From Acidobacteriaceae bacterium (GTDB lineage Bacteria > Acidobacteriota > Terriglobia > Terriglobales > Acidobacteriaceae): a stretch of DNA of 64,000 nt. The DNA is taken from assembly GCA_003156805.1 (NCBI GenBank), contig PMHV01000006.1, forward strand, positions 84,666-148,665. Reading direction: 5' to 3'. Below, piece by piece: positions 46,406 to 55,594 of the stretch. Below the pieces are notes generated by a model, which saw only the letters and a program-made list of their open reading frames with translations, was not told where the DNA came from and ran no database searches. A program made the translations under genes and the position numbers. How positions within the stretch are numbered: position 1 is the first letter of the stretch; every line of letters starts with the position of its first letter.

Positions 46406-48906
46406 AGCAGATGTTGCGCCAAATACAGCTCATAGAGTTTGCAGCGAGGCTTCATATCTCGCGCCGACTCTCCAGAGACCAGGCCTGAACTCCGCAAGCG
46501 GTAAAAGACTTCCAAAGGGGCGCTGTGCCGGCCGGACAACATCTCGCGCACGAAATTGCAAAGCGCGGCATCTTCAGCGAGCGAAACCAGCAATCGCCTT
46601 AGATGATCTCCGAAGGGGCCTTCGTCGCGGGCCGCTTGGCTCTCAAAGTCGGGAAAACCCAAATTCCGGGAGGCCAACTCGTGCAAACCGCGGCGCGTCA
46701 GGTAGGGTTGCCCTCCAACTAGGTCGTAGAATTGAACGAGCTCTGACTTATCGCGCAAGGGAGTGCCGTATCGTTTGTTAAGTTCCTCCAATTGCAAGGG
46801 AGTGAAATCGTTCAAAACCAATCGTGTACCAACATTGAACGGACTCTGGTTCATGTCGGTGATGAACATGTGGGCCTCGGTCGCATACGCAATCGCCAGG
46901 GTGAGTTTCTGCCACGGGCCACTGGGATCGAGGGAGCGCTCGTTGTGCCACGAACGGAACAGCCCGAACACCTCACTGCCGAAGTTGCAACTGAACAGCC
47001 GGTCAACTTCGTCCATACCCCAGACCAGGGATTGGGATACCTTGCCCAGAACCTCGCGTTTCAGAAAACGCTCGAAGTTCATGCTCGGCCCGCGCCGCGG
47101 GTTCCAGACGTCCGCCGGGACGACGTCGATGTCGAGTTGTTCCGCAATCCACTCCGACAAAGCAAGGAACAGCTTCTCCACTGATTCCAGGTGGCAGGCG
47201 TTGAGTTTCTGAAAGTCGGTAAGTATGACCTTATATCCGGCCTTGCGTGCTTCCTGCAGGCCGCGCGCCATCAGGGAACTCTTGCCCATCTGACGAGCGC
47301 CCTTGATCAAAACAATGCTGTCTTTCCGCGCCAACGCCTCGTAGAATTCTTCGTCCGTCGGACGCACGACATAGAAGCGCGAGTCCGTGGGAACCGCCCC
47401 ACCAACCGTTTCGAGCCAGATTCGGCGAGGGTTTGTTTTCGGAGGGTTCTGCAACGATTCCGTAATCTCGGTGATGAGGGACGGGCTGTCCTGCGGTCCC
47501 TTCCATTGCGCGTACTGGATCCCATCCAGGATCGCGGCGAGCGGGCTGGGCAGAGTGCCCTCAAAATTGATCCGGATGGGCAGAATGCGCGGTCTTCCGT
47601 TCTTCTGCGCTGACTCGTGTGCGATCTGCACCTCGTAGGCCAGCATTTCGCTGTTTACCGCCGTGGCGGAAAGCAGCACAACCACCGCGTAGGCATTGCT
47701 GACCCTGCGTTCGATCTCCCGCGCCCACTCCATGCCAACTTGCAAATGGCAGTCGACAAAAACCGGATAGCCGCTCCTCCGCAGTTGTTCTTCAAGCAGC
47801 CTTAGGATCTGCTCGTCCGGCTGGGAATTGCGTTTATACAAGAGCGCAACTTCGCCCAACTTGGCCGCTTCGCTCTCAATTGCGCGTACTGGGGCGGTTG
47901 CCGCTCGGGGGAGCGCAAGCGCCCGCTGCAGATGTATTCGCATCTCCAGCGCCGACTGGTAGCGCAAGCTGCGTTCCTTGCTGAGCGCCTTGCCGATGAT
48001 TCTCTCCAGTTCAGGCGGCAGCTTCGGATTCAAGCTGGCGGGTGAAACCGGTTCACGATTGAGGATCGCTTCAAAAATCACGGCCGAGGTGTCACCGCGA
48101 AAAGGCTGGATTCCAGTAGCCATCTCGTATAGCACGATACCGAGGGAGAACAGATCGGTGCGATTGTCGAGTTCCAGACCGCGCGCCTGTTCCGGTGACA
48201 TATAGGAAACAGTCCCAACCCACTCCCCGGGAGCGGTCAGGTCCGAACTGGTGGGCTGGGTCGTTGAAGCGGTGAGGGCTTCCCCAATTTCCGTTGAATG
48301 GCGCTGGACGGAAGTAAACTTCGCCAGTCCAAAGTCCAGGACCTTCACCTGGCCGCGCGCCGTGACGAAGATGTTGGCAGGTTTAATGTCGCGGTGGATG
48401 ATACCTTGCGAATGGGCGCAATCGAGGGCGTCGGCGATCTGGATCCCTTGCTGCAAGATCTCGTCATCGCTCAGCTGCTTGCGCACAATTCGGTGTTTCA
48501 GCGTCTCCCCTTCCAGCAACTCCATCACAATGAAGTAGCGGCCCTCGAAGTCGCCAACATCGTGCACCGTGCAAATATTGGGGTGGTTCAGTAACGACGA
48601 GGCGCGCGCTTCTTGCTGAAAGCGCTCCAAGGAAGACGGGGTGGAAGGCCGGTCTTCGGTGAGAAACTTCAGGGCGACTCGGCGGCCGAGCCGCTGATCC
48701 TGTGCTTCGTAGACAACGCCCATGCCCCCACCGCCCAGTTTTTTCAAGATGCGGTAGTGCGAGACCGCCCGATTGATCATCGGATCGGGCAAGTTCGGTC
48801 CCACTGCGGTTTCGCCCTCCGGAGCGTCCTTCACCTTTCCCGGGGTCTGGGGATTGCCGAATCCCTGGCCGTACAGTATTTGCGATGTTTTTTCGGTCGG
48901 AACCAT
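46402..48906 (-). CDS. Fusion protein: Hanks-type Ser/Thr kinase, TIR-like domain and AAA_35-like P-loop ATPase
   Basis: The kinase motifs are [10 protein letters not shown] (G-loop), VALKFL (Lys80), HRDIKPANI (Asp173), DFGLAK and SYMSPEQ. The TIR-like region is aa ~352-470 (LLYKRN…[16 protein letters not shown]…[25 protein letters not shown]). The ATPase motifs are [13 protein letters not shown] (Walker A), LVWGMDEVD (Walker B), [15 protein letters not shown] and GGQPYLTRR. The start could instead be Met43 (48780). Confidence 0.7.
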   Translation of the reverse strand: MVPTEKTSQILYGQGFGNPQTPGKVKDAPEGETAVGPNLPDPMINRAVSHYRILKKLGGGGMGVVYEAQDQRLGRRVALKFLTEDRPSTPSSLERFQQEARASSLLNHPNICTVHDVGDFEGRYFIVMELLEGETLKHRIVRKQLSDDEILQQGIQIADALDCAHSQGIIHRDIKPANIFVTARGQVKVLDFGLAKFTSVQRHSTEIGEALTASTTQPTSSDLTAPGEWVGTVSYMSPEQARGLELDNRTDLFSLGIVLYEMATGIQPFRGDTSAVIFEAILNREPVSPASLNPKLPPELERIIGKALSKERSLRYQSALEMRIHLQRALALPRAATAPVRAIESEAAKLGEVALLYKRNSQPDEQILRLLEEQLRRSGYPVFVDCHLQVGMEWAREIERRVSNAYAVVVLLSATAVNSEMLAYEVQIAHESAQKNGRPRILPIRINFEGTLPSPLAAILDGIQYAQWKGPQDSPSLITEITESLQNPPKTNPRRIWLETVGGAVPTDSRFYVVRPTDEEFYEALARKDSIVLIKGARQMGKSSLMARGLQEARKAGYKVILTDFQKLNACHLESVEKLFLALSEWIAEQLDIDVVPADVWNPRRGPSMNFERFLKREVLGKVSQSLVWGMDEVDRLFSCNFGSEVFGLFRSWHNERSLDPSGPWQKLTLAIAYATEAHMFITDMNQSPFNVGTRLVLNDFTPLQLEELNKRYGTPLRDKSELVQFYDLVGGQPYLTRRGLHELASRNLGFPDFESQAARDEGPFGDHLRRLLVSLAEDAALCNFVREMLSGRHSAPLEVFYRLRSSGLVSGESARDMKPRCKLYELYLAQHLL

Positions 48907-49206
48907 AGAACGTTTCTAGAAAAGTATTTCGAAAAGCCTGATATCAGCGCCGTTTCAGCGGGCGTCAACGTACGGCACTTCGTTCGGCTCCAGTGCGGGT
49001 CGGAGCATCACGAAGAGTCTGGGGATGCACCCAAGCAAGCGGGGAAATGTTAAGCTGTTTCGCCCCACTTTTCAAGCTGTGGCTGCGGGCGCCAGCCGAT
49101 CTGCTTCGTCCAAATACTAGACAGGCTGCACTCCCCGCGCTTCCCGCGGCGAGAGAATAGGCACAGTGAAAGCTAGGTGGGTACAAAATTAGGCACAATG
49201 GGGAAA

Positions 49207-49269
49207 GGGCCGATTCAAGATCGGCCCTAAACTGTTAGTGCAAAAGGGAGGGCTCGAAGACTCGAACCC
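49207..49269 (-). terminator. Two consecutive terminator-like hairpins on the minus strand
   Basis: Minus-strand reading gives GGGTTCGAGTCTTCGAGCCC (GGG/CCC plus TCGA/TCGA stem) followed by TCCCTTTTG. It then gives GGGCCGAT-CTTGA-ATCGGCCC (8-bp perfect stem) followed by TTTCCCC. They close the non-coding stretch downstream of tRNA-Leu. Confidence 0.5.
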
Positions 49270-49610
49270 CGGGTTTTACCTGCCAGATTCGTGGGTCTGT
49301 GACGCTCGTTCGTGCTAAAGCCTTCTCGCACTCGCTCTTACCGCAGCTTCCGGCGCGACCGAGCGCCGACACGTCGATGGGACTGTAGAGGATTGCAGAT
49401 GCGCCAACTAACGTTGAATCAACACGACGGCCAGCCAACCTGAATCCCACCCAACGCAATCAATATCAGTCTCAGCCATCGGGTGACTCGCTCAAGGTCC
49501 TCGATGGACTCTAGCAGCAGAAGACTCATCTGTTCCACAGTCCTGCTGCGGCTCCCATGTTCTTACTAAACTTCGGCCGCTGCTCTTTGGTTCATACAAC
49601 AACCCTTTCA

Positions 49611-49695
49611 TGGTGCCGGGAACAGGACTCGAACCTGCACGCCTTTCGGCGCTAGCTCCTAAGGCTAGTGTGTCTGCCAGTTCCACCACCCCGGC
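49611..49695 (-). tRNA. tRNA-Leu (anticodon UAG), CCA encoded
   Basis: The reverse complement folds as a class II tRNA. The acceptor stem is GCCGGGG/UCCCGGC. The anticodon arm is CUAGC-CUUAGGA-GCUAG (anticodon UAG). It has a long variable arm CGCCGAAAGGCG and a T-arm GCAGG-UUCGAGU-CCUGU, and it ends in ACCA. Confidence 0.9.
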
Positions 49696-50018
49696 ACACC
49701 AATATTCTACACACAGGGGCAAACAGAGATGGCGGATTCATACATGAGCCGGTGACGCCTGAACTGGTGACGCTGAGCTGGGTGAGGCCTGAAAAAGAAG
49801 AACTCGGACCCGGCTCTACGGTCGCAAGCAGCATCTCTATCGCGTGATTTTGCCGCGTCCTGAGAGACGGAAAGTGGTTGAAGTGCACTCCCCTTCCCTG
49901 CGGGAACGGGAAGCTCGGTCGGGATGACAATTCGCAGTGGGGTCCGGTGGCCGTGGGAACGTCTAGGCGAATTGCAGGCGCTTGAGCTTGATGCGGTCGG
50001 CACGGACTTGAGCTCGGA

Positions 50019-50723
50019 ATGACAAGAGTAGAATCTTTAGGAGTGATGATCAGGTTTGCCGCCGGGATGTTGCTGGTCGCCATCACTCCTCCGGCTCCCG
50101 AGCAGGCGGGCCCAGCCGTTGATGTCCACGCAGTCGCTGCCGCCGTGGATGAGCATTATGATCGCTTGCACACCCTGCAGGCGGAGTTCACCGAGACCTA
50201 TCAGGGCTCCGGCATGGAGCGGACGGAATCGGGAACGCTTTGGCTGAAGAAAGCGGGGCTGAAAAAACCGGGCAAGATGCGTTGGGAGTATCGTTCTCCC
50301 AAAGAGAAGTTGTTTGTGAGCGACGGGAAAGACGCGTGGTTTTACGTCGTCAGCGACCGGCAGGCGCGCAAAACCACGATGCGGGACTTGGATGATATTC
50401 GCTCTCCTCTGGCGTTTCTTCTGGGTAAGACTAAGCTGGAGAAGGAGTTACAGGGTTTATCGGTAGCTGTGGATGTGCCTCCGCTGACGCCGGAGGATGT
50501 GCTGCTGCGGGGCATCCCGCGGGCGCTGGCGGACCGGGTTAGCGAAGTTCTGCTAGAGATTACTCCGCAGCATGAAATTGTGCGGATGGTCATTGAGGAA
50601 GTGGACGGGGCGGTGACCGATTATCGCTTTACCGCGCAGAAGGAAGATGTGCCGATTTCTGACGAACGGTTCCGGTTCCATCCGCCGGCGGGGACGGAAA
50701 CGGTGGATGAGCCGGCGCCGTAG
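50019..50723 (+). CDS. LolA-like outer-membrane lipoprotein carrier family protein
   Basis: …VDEHYDRLHTLQAEFTETY……ESGTLWLKK.G.MRWEY..P.EKLFVSDGKDAWFYV resembles the LolA/LolA-like pattern. It has an N-terminal hydrophobic signal region. The exact start is uncertain. Confidence 0.6.
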   Translation: MTRVESLGVMIRFAAGMLLVAITPPAPEQAGPAVDVHAVAAAVDEHYDRLHTLQAEFTETYQGSGMERTESGTLWLKKAGLKKPGKMRWEYRSPKEKLFVSDGKDAWFYVVSDRQARKTTMRDLDDIRSPLAFLLGKTKLEKELQGLSVAVDVPPLTPEDVLLRGIPRALADRVSEVLLEITPQHEIVRMVIEEVDGAVTDYRFTAQKEDVPISDERFRFHPPAGTETVDEPAP

Positions 50724-50956
50724 GCGACGCTGGCAATGTTAGAGGGGAGTGACTGTATCACACTGTCGGACATACACTTGTGATAGGAGATCGGAGGCGG
50801 CTTCCTCTGCCGAGCCGGGTTATTACCTGCGATACTGGTAGGGACGCAAGTTGGTCCCCGAACCCAAGCCGCAACCCAGTTGGCAGTGTTAGACTGAGCC
50901 GGTAGAGGTGTCTGCCGGTAACAGAAACGCCAGAACGATAACGTTCACACAACCCC

Positions 50957-52156
50957 ATGGCAGAATTCGTCATAAAAGTCGCGGACGAACGCGGGCACAT
51001 GCTCCAACAGGTGGAGAACGGCTACTCCGTGGCCGAGGTGCGTGACCGCTTCACCTCGCAGGGTTATCTGGTTTATTGGGTGAAACCCCAGGGATTGCTC
51101 TCCGGGAGCTTCTCGCGGAGCCGCGGAGGGAAGCTGAAGCAGAGCACCTTCTTGGTGTTCAACCAGCAATTTCTCACGCTGATTCGGGCCGGCCTGCCCA
51201 TTCTGAATTCGCTGGATTTGTTGATCAAGCGGCAGCGAGACAACTATCTGCGGCAACTGCTGGAAAATGTTCGCGACCGGGTGAAGGGCGGAGAATTGCT
51301 CTCCGATGCCTTTGCCGCGCAGCGGGGAGTTCCCAAGATCTACACCACCACGCTGATGGCGGGAGAAAAAAGCGGAAACATCGACGAAGTGCTCACCCGC
51401 TACGTCAACTTCCAGCGCATGACGATGTCGTTCCGCAAGAAGTTGTTTGTTTCGCTGATTTATCCCACGCTGCTGGTGACCGTAGTGACGATCATGGTGA
51501 TGTTTCTTTTCACCTATGTCGTGCCCAAATTCGCCGATCTGTTCGAAAGTCTGGATGCGAAGTTGCCGGCGATTACGGTGTTTATGCTGGAGGTGGGGAA
51601 AGACTCGCAAAAGTACGCGCCGGTGGGGCTGATTGGCATGGCTCTCGCGATTTTCCTGTTCTGGCAATGGAAGAAAACTGACCGTGGCGCCGACCTGATA
51701 GACCGCGTGATTCTGAGCCTTCCCCTGCTCGGCGATATCCGCCTGAAACATCAGGTGGCAACTTTTTCCCGCATGTTGGCCACCTTGTTGCAAGGTGGCC
51801 TGCCCCTGGTTCCATCCATGGAGACCGCAGGCGGCTCCATGAGCAGCCGGCGCATCTTAAAAGGAATATTGCGGGCCAGCACGCGCGTCCGCGAGGGCCA
51901 GGGACTGGCCGGCAGCCTGGAGGAACAGAAAATTTTTCCCGACCTCGCCGTAGAGATGATCGAGGTCGGCGAGTCCACCGGGGCCCTGCCGGCCATGCTC
52001 AATTCCGTGGCTGAGTTTTACGAGGAAGATGTGCAGACCGCCCTGGGCGCGTCGATGGCGCTGATCGAGCCGCTGATTCTGATTGTGATGGCGATTTTCG
52101 TGGGAGGAGTGTTGATTTCGCTGTATTTGCCGATCTTCACTCTTGGGGTGCACTGA
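50957..52156 (+). CDS. pilC: Type IV pilus platform protein (GspF/PilC family)
   Basis: 399 aa with two GspF-type repeats (…FNQQFLTLIRAGLPIL.SL… and …FSRMLATLLQGGLPLV.S…) and three TM segments. It sits immediately upstream of pilB. Confidence 0.85.
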   Translation: MAEFVIKVADERGHMLQQVENGYSVAEVRDRFTSQGYLVYWVKPQGLLSGSFSRSRGGKLKQSTFLVFNQQFLTLIRAGLPILNSLDLLIKRQRDNYLRQLLENVRDRVKGGELLSDAFAAQRGVPKIYTTTLMAGEKSGNIDEVLTRYVNFQRMTMSFRKKLFVSLIYPTLLVTVVTIMVMFLFTYVVPKFADLFESLDAKLPAITVFMLEVGKDSQKYAPVGLIGMALAIFLFWQWKKTDRGADLIDRVILSLPLLGDIRLKHQVATFSRMLATLLQGGLPLVPSMETAGGSMSSRRILKGILRASTRVREGQGLAGSLEEQKIFPDLAVEMIEVGESTGALPAMLNSVAEFYEEDVQTALGASMALIEPLILIVMAIFVGGVLISLYLPIFTLGVH

Positions 52157-52192
52157 GCCAATAGTACGGAACCGAATGCGGGGATGTGAGAA

Positions 52193-53863
52193 ATGGTAAT
52201 GGCGGAAAAGAAATCACTTTTCGTGAATGGCGCCAACGGCGGGCAGGTGATCACCAGCGGCAATCCCATCACCGATCTGGAGCGGGCGCAGGACGTGGCC
52301 CGGCGCTATCGCTGCGAGTTCGTGGACCTCACCGACTTTCAGCTGCATCACGATCTCTTCAAGAAAATCTCGCCCGATCTGATGTTCCGCTACAACTTTG
52401 TGCCCCTGGAAGAAACCGACGACGGGCGCCTGGCCATTGCCATTGCCGATCCCAGCCAATTGATGCTGATCGACGAAATCAGCCTCCTGCTGCAGAAGCG
52501 AATCGTGACCAAGGTCGCGACCCTGAAGCAGATCAGCGACATCCTCAAGAAGACGGAGCAGTCGCAGCGCGTATTGGAGGAAGCCAGCGAAGGCTTCACC
52601 ATCATTCGCGAAGACGAGAACACCGGCGTCGAAGAAACTCTGACCATCGACAAGCTGACCACGGCGGGCGACACCAGCCCCATCATTCGGCTGGTGGATA
52701 CGACCATCTTCACGGCGCTGCAGCGGCGCGCCTCCGATATTCACGTGGAAACCCGGGACGATTCGGTGGCCATCCGGTTCCGCATCGATGGCGTACTCAC
52801 CCAGGCCATGTCGCCGATCGGCAAGGAGCACCACTCCACCGTGATTTCGCGCATCAAGGTGATGAGCGAACTGGACATCTCCGAACGGCGCGTGCCCCAG
52901 GACGGCCGCTTCCGCGTCAAGTACAACGGGCGGGCCATCGACTTCCGCGTTTCCATCATGCCTTCGATTCACGGCGAGGACGCCGTGCTGCGCGTGCTCG
53001 ACAAAGAATCGATGAGCGAGAAGTTCCGCACTCTGACCCTGGACGTGGTCGGGTTCGAGGAAGACGACTTGCGCCGCTTGCGCCGCTACATCAAAGAACC
53101 CTACGGCATGGTGCTGGTCACGGGGCCTACGGGCAGCGGCAAGACCACTACGCTGTATGCCGCGGTGAACGAGATCAAGACGGATGAAGACAAGATCATC
53201 ACCATCGAAGATCCGGTCGAATACCAGCTGCGCGGCATTACCCAGATTCCGGTCAACGAGAAAAAAGGACTGACCTTCGCCCGCGGCTTGCGCTCCATTT
53301 TACGCCACGATCCCGACAAAATTATGGTCGGGGAAATCCGCGACGCCGAAACCGCCCAGATCGCGATTCAATCGGCTCTCACCGGCCACCTGGTGTTCAC
53401 CACGGTCCACGCCAATAACGTGGTCGATGTGATTGGCCGCTTTCTGAATATGGGCGTGGAGCCTTACAACTTCGTTTCGGCGTTGAACTGCATTCTGGCC
53501 CAGCGGCTGGTGCGCTTGATTTGCGAGTCCTGCCGGACGCCGGTGGTTTATCCCCCGGAAGTGCTGGAGGCGAGCGGACTGGACCCGGTGCAGTGGTCGA
53601 AGGTGGCCTTGTATGAGGGGCCGGGATGCATCGAGTGCGCGGGCACGGGATTCCGCGGCCGCAGCGCGATTCACGAATTGCTGGATTTGAGCGACCGCAT
53701 CCGCGAGATGATTCTGGCCAAGAAGCCGACTTCGGAAATCCGCCGCGCCGCCCGCGACGAAGGCATGCGCTTTCTACGCGAGTCGGCTCTGGATAAGGTG
53801 CGGCTCGGCCTGACCACGCTGAAAGAGATTAACAAGGTCACATTTATCGAGGCCATGCGTTAA
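52193..53863 (+). CDS. pilB: Type IV pilus assembly ATPase (GspE/PilB family)
   Basis: N-terminal T2SSE_N-like domain (RYRCEFVDLTDF…RYNFVPLEE), Walker A GPTGSGKTTT, IMVGEIRD, the His box LTGHLVFTTVH and a tetracysteine motif CESC…CIEC. Confidence 0.9.
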   Translation: MVMAEKKSLFVNGANGGQVITSGNPITDLERAQDVARRYRCEFVDLTDFQLHHDLFKKISPDLMFRYNFVPLEETDDGRLAIAIADPSQLMLIDEISLLLQKRIVTKVATLKQISDILKKTEQSQRVLEEASEGFTIIREDENTGVEETLTIDKLTTAGDTSPIIRLVDTTIFTALQRRASDIHVETRDDSVAIRFRIDGVLTQAMSPIGKEHHSTVISRIKVMSELDISERRVPQDGRFRVKYNGRAIDFRVSIMPSIHGEDAVLRVLDKESMSEKFRTLTLDVVGFEEDDLRRLRRYIKEPYGMVLVTGPTGSGKTTTLYAAVNEIKTDEDKIITIEDPVEYQLRGITQIPVNEKKGLTFARGLRSILRHDPDKIMVGEIRDAETAQIAIQSALTGHLVFTTVHANNVVDVIGRFLNMGVEPYNFVSALNCILAQRLVRLICESCRTPVVYPPEVLEASGLDPVQWSKVALYEGPGCIECAGTGFRGRSAIHELLDLSDRIREMILAKKPTSEIRRAARDEGMRFLRESALDKVRLGLTTLKEINKVTFIEAMR

Positions 53864-54040
53864 CTGATCGGCCCAAGCCGAAACAGAGATCAAGATCAGG
53901 GCTAACGCCGGGCCGGGCGCTGGCTGAAGGATTTCTAATGGCCACTACCGGACGTGCCCTTCGAGATATTGCCTTGGACGGGGGCGTCGCGTTGAATGGT
54001 AGGGATGTGCACGATCGAACCATCTGAATAGTTAGGGATT

Positions 54041-54946
54041 TTGACTCCGGCCATGAACTCCAGTTCCAAGACGCCCAAACCGAAGCTGGCCTGCGAGGTC
54101 GCAGCGGACCGCGTGCTGGCGGGCCGGCTTGCCGAGGGCGGCGTCCGTCTGGAGGGCTGCGCCGCGCAGGAATTGGCGCCGGGCACTGTGGTTCCGGACC
54201 TTGTGGAGGGCAACCTGCGGCAGAAAGAGGCGGTGCGCGCGGCGATTGAAACGGTGCTGGAAGGCGTCGGCGCGCGCTCTCACGACGTGATTGCGATTGT
54301 CCCGGATGCGGCCGTGCGGGTCGTGCTCATCGAATTCGATACGCTGCCTTCCGATGCCGAGGAAGCAGCCGGCGTGGTCCGGTTCCGAATGAAGAAGTCC
54401 CTGCCCTTTGACGTGGAAAAGGCCAGAGTTTCCTATCACGCGCAGAAGTATGAGGGTGGGGTTCGGGTAGTGGCGGCCGTCGCCCTGGCCACGGTAGTGG
54501 AGGAATACGAAACTGCATTCCGTGAGGCGGGATTCAGCCCGGGTGTTGTCCTGCCCTCCATGCTGGCGGCGCTGGGTGCGGCCGATGGAGAGCGTCCTAC
54601 CCTGGTGGTGAAAGTAGATGCGCGCACCACCAGCATTGCCATCCTGAATCAGGGCCACCTTCAGTTGTTTCGCACCCTGGAGAACACGCGCGGAGTTATG
54701 ATCACCGGAGAGCAGTTGGCCGAGGAAGTCTACCCTTCGGTGGTGTTCTTCCAGGACACATACCATCTGAGCATTGAAAAAATCTACGTCGCGGGCCTGT
54801 CCGATTCGGGCAGCGCGACCCCGGCGCTGCGCGCCCAGACTGGGGCCGAAGTGCAGGAACTGGTGTCCTCTTCGCAGTTGGGCGAGGACAGCGGTTCGGC
54901 GCCGCGCTGGAGGATGGCCGGAGTTGTAGGAGCCCTGATCTCTTAA
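54041..54946 (+). CDS. pilM: Type IV pilus assembly protein PilM (actin-like ATPase fold)
   Basis: …IVPDAAVRVVLIEFDTLPSDAEEAAGVVRFRMKKSLPFDVEKARVSYH… is the typical PilM signature. It sits upstream of pilN and pilO. Confidence 0.8.
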   Translation: MTPAMNSSSKTPKPKLACEVAADRVLAGRLAEGGVRLEGCAAQELAPGTVVPDLVEGNLRQKEAVRAAIETVLEGVGARSHDVIAIVPDAAVRVVLIEFDTLPSDAEEAAGVVRFRMKKSLPFDVEKARVSYHAQKYEGGVRVVAAVALATVVEEYETAFREAGFSPGVVLPSMLAALGAADGERPTLVVKVDARTTSIAILNQGHLQLFRTLENTRGVMITGEQLAEEVYPSVVFFQDTYHLSIEKIYVAGLSDSGSATPALRAQTGAEVQELVSSSQLGEDSGSAPRWRMAGVVGALIS

Positions 54947-54964
54947 GCTTTTTGCGGATACGCC

Positions 54965-55594
54965 ATGCGCCTCGACATCAATCTCGCCAGCCAGCCTTAC
55001 GAAGATGCGCGGCAATTCTGGATGCGCTGGGGCGGCGCCCTGGTGGCGGCCGCCATTCTGACTCTGGCGCTGCTGGCGATCACCGTCTCCGGTTGGTTTA
55101 CCGCGCGCCGCGACCGGGCGCAGATTGCGGACCTTCGCGCCCAGATCGCGCAGCGCGACCAGACCCGGCAACAGGCCGAAGATTTTCTCAATCGTCCGGA
55201 GAATCGCAGTACCCGCGACCAGTCCCAGTTTCTCAACGAACTGATCGAGCGTAAATCGTTTTCCTGGACGCACGTGCTGGAGGATCTGGAAAAGGTGATG
55301 CCGGCGCGCGCGCACCTGGTTTCGATCCACCCCGAACTGGATGACGATAATCAGTTGGAACTGAAAATGGTGGTGGCCGGGGATTCGCGCGACCGCGCCC
55401 TTGAGCTGGCCCGCCGCATGGAAGAGTCCCGGCGCTTCAGCCAGACTTACATTGCGGGTGAGACTGCCGAGACCTCGACCAGCGGAGATACAGTGCACTT
55501 CGACATCGATGCCCTCTACGTCCCGGAAACCGCGCCGTCCCTGGCGCCGGTGCCAAAGACAAAGACCGAAATTTCCAAGCGGAGCCTGCGCTGA
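54965..55594 (+). CDS. pilN: Type IV pilus assembly protein PilN
   Basis: N-terminal MRLDINLASQPY (the PilM-binding INLL-type motif), a single TM segment (ALVAAAILTLALLAITV) and a coiled-coil periplasmic part. Confidence 0.75.
   Translation: MRLDINLASQPYEDARQFWMRWGGALVAAAILTLALLAITVSGWFTARRDRAQIADLRAQIAQRDQTRQQAEDFLNRPENRSTRDQSQFLNELIERKSFSWTHVLEDLEKVMPARAHLVSIHPELDDDNQLELKMVVAGDSRDRALELARRMEESRRFSQTYIAGETAETSTSGDTVHFDIDALYVPETAPSLAPVPKTKTEISKRSLR

Noticed and set aside
49243-49330. tRNA-like T-arm (CGGGG-UUCGAGU-CUUCG) suggesting a second tRNA, tmRNA or RNase P RNA
   Set aside because: There is no matching 5' acceptor strand, D-arm or canonical anticodon arm. The tmRNA features (alanine-acceptor end, tag ORF) and the RNase P GGAAAGUCC core are absent. 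I treat it as a terminator-like hairpin or tRNA remnant.
54032-55498. 488-aa ORF on the minus strand covering pilM and pilN
   Set aside because: It is antisense to two genes with clear family signatures. Its translation is Arg/Gly/His/Gln-rich low-complexity sequence, typical of shadow ORFs in high-GC DNA.
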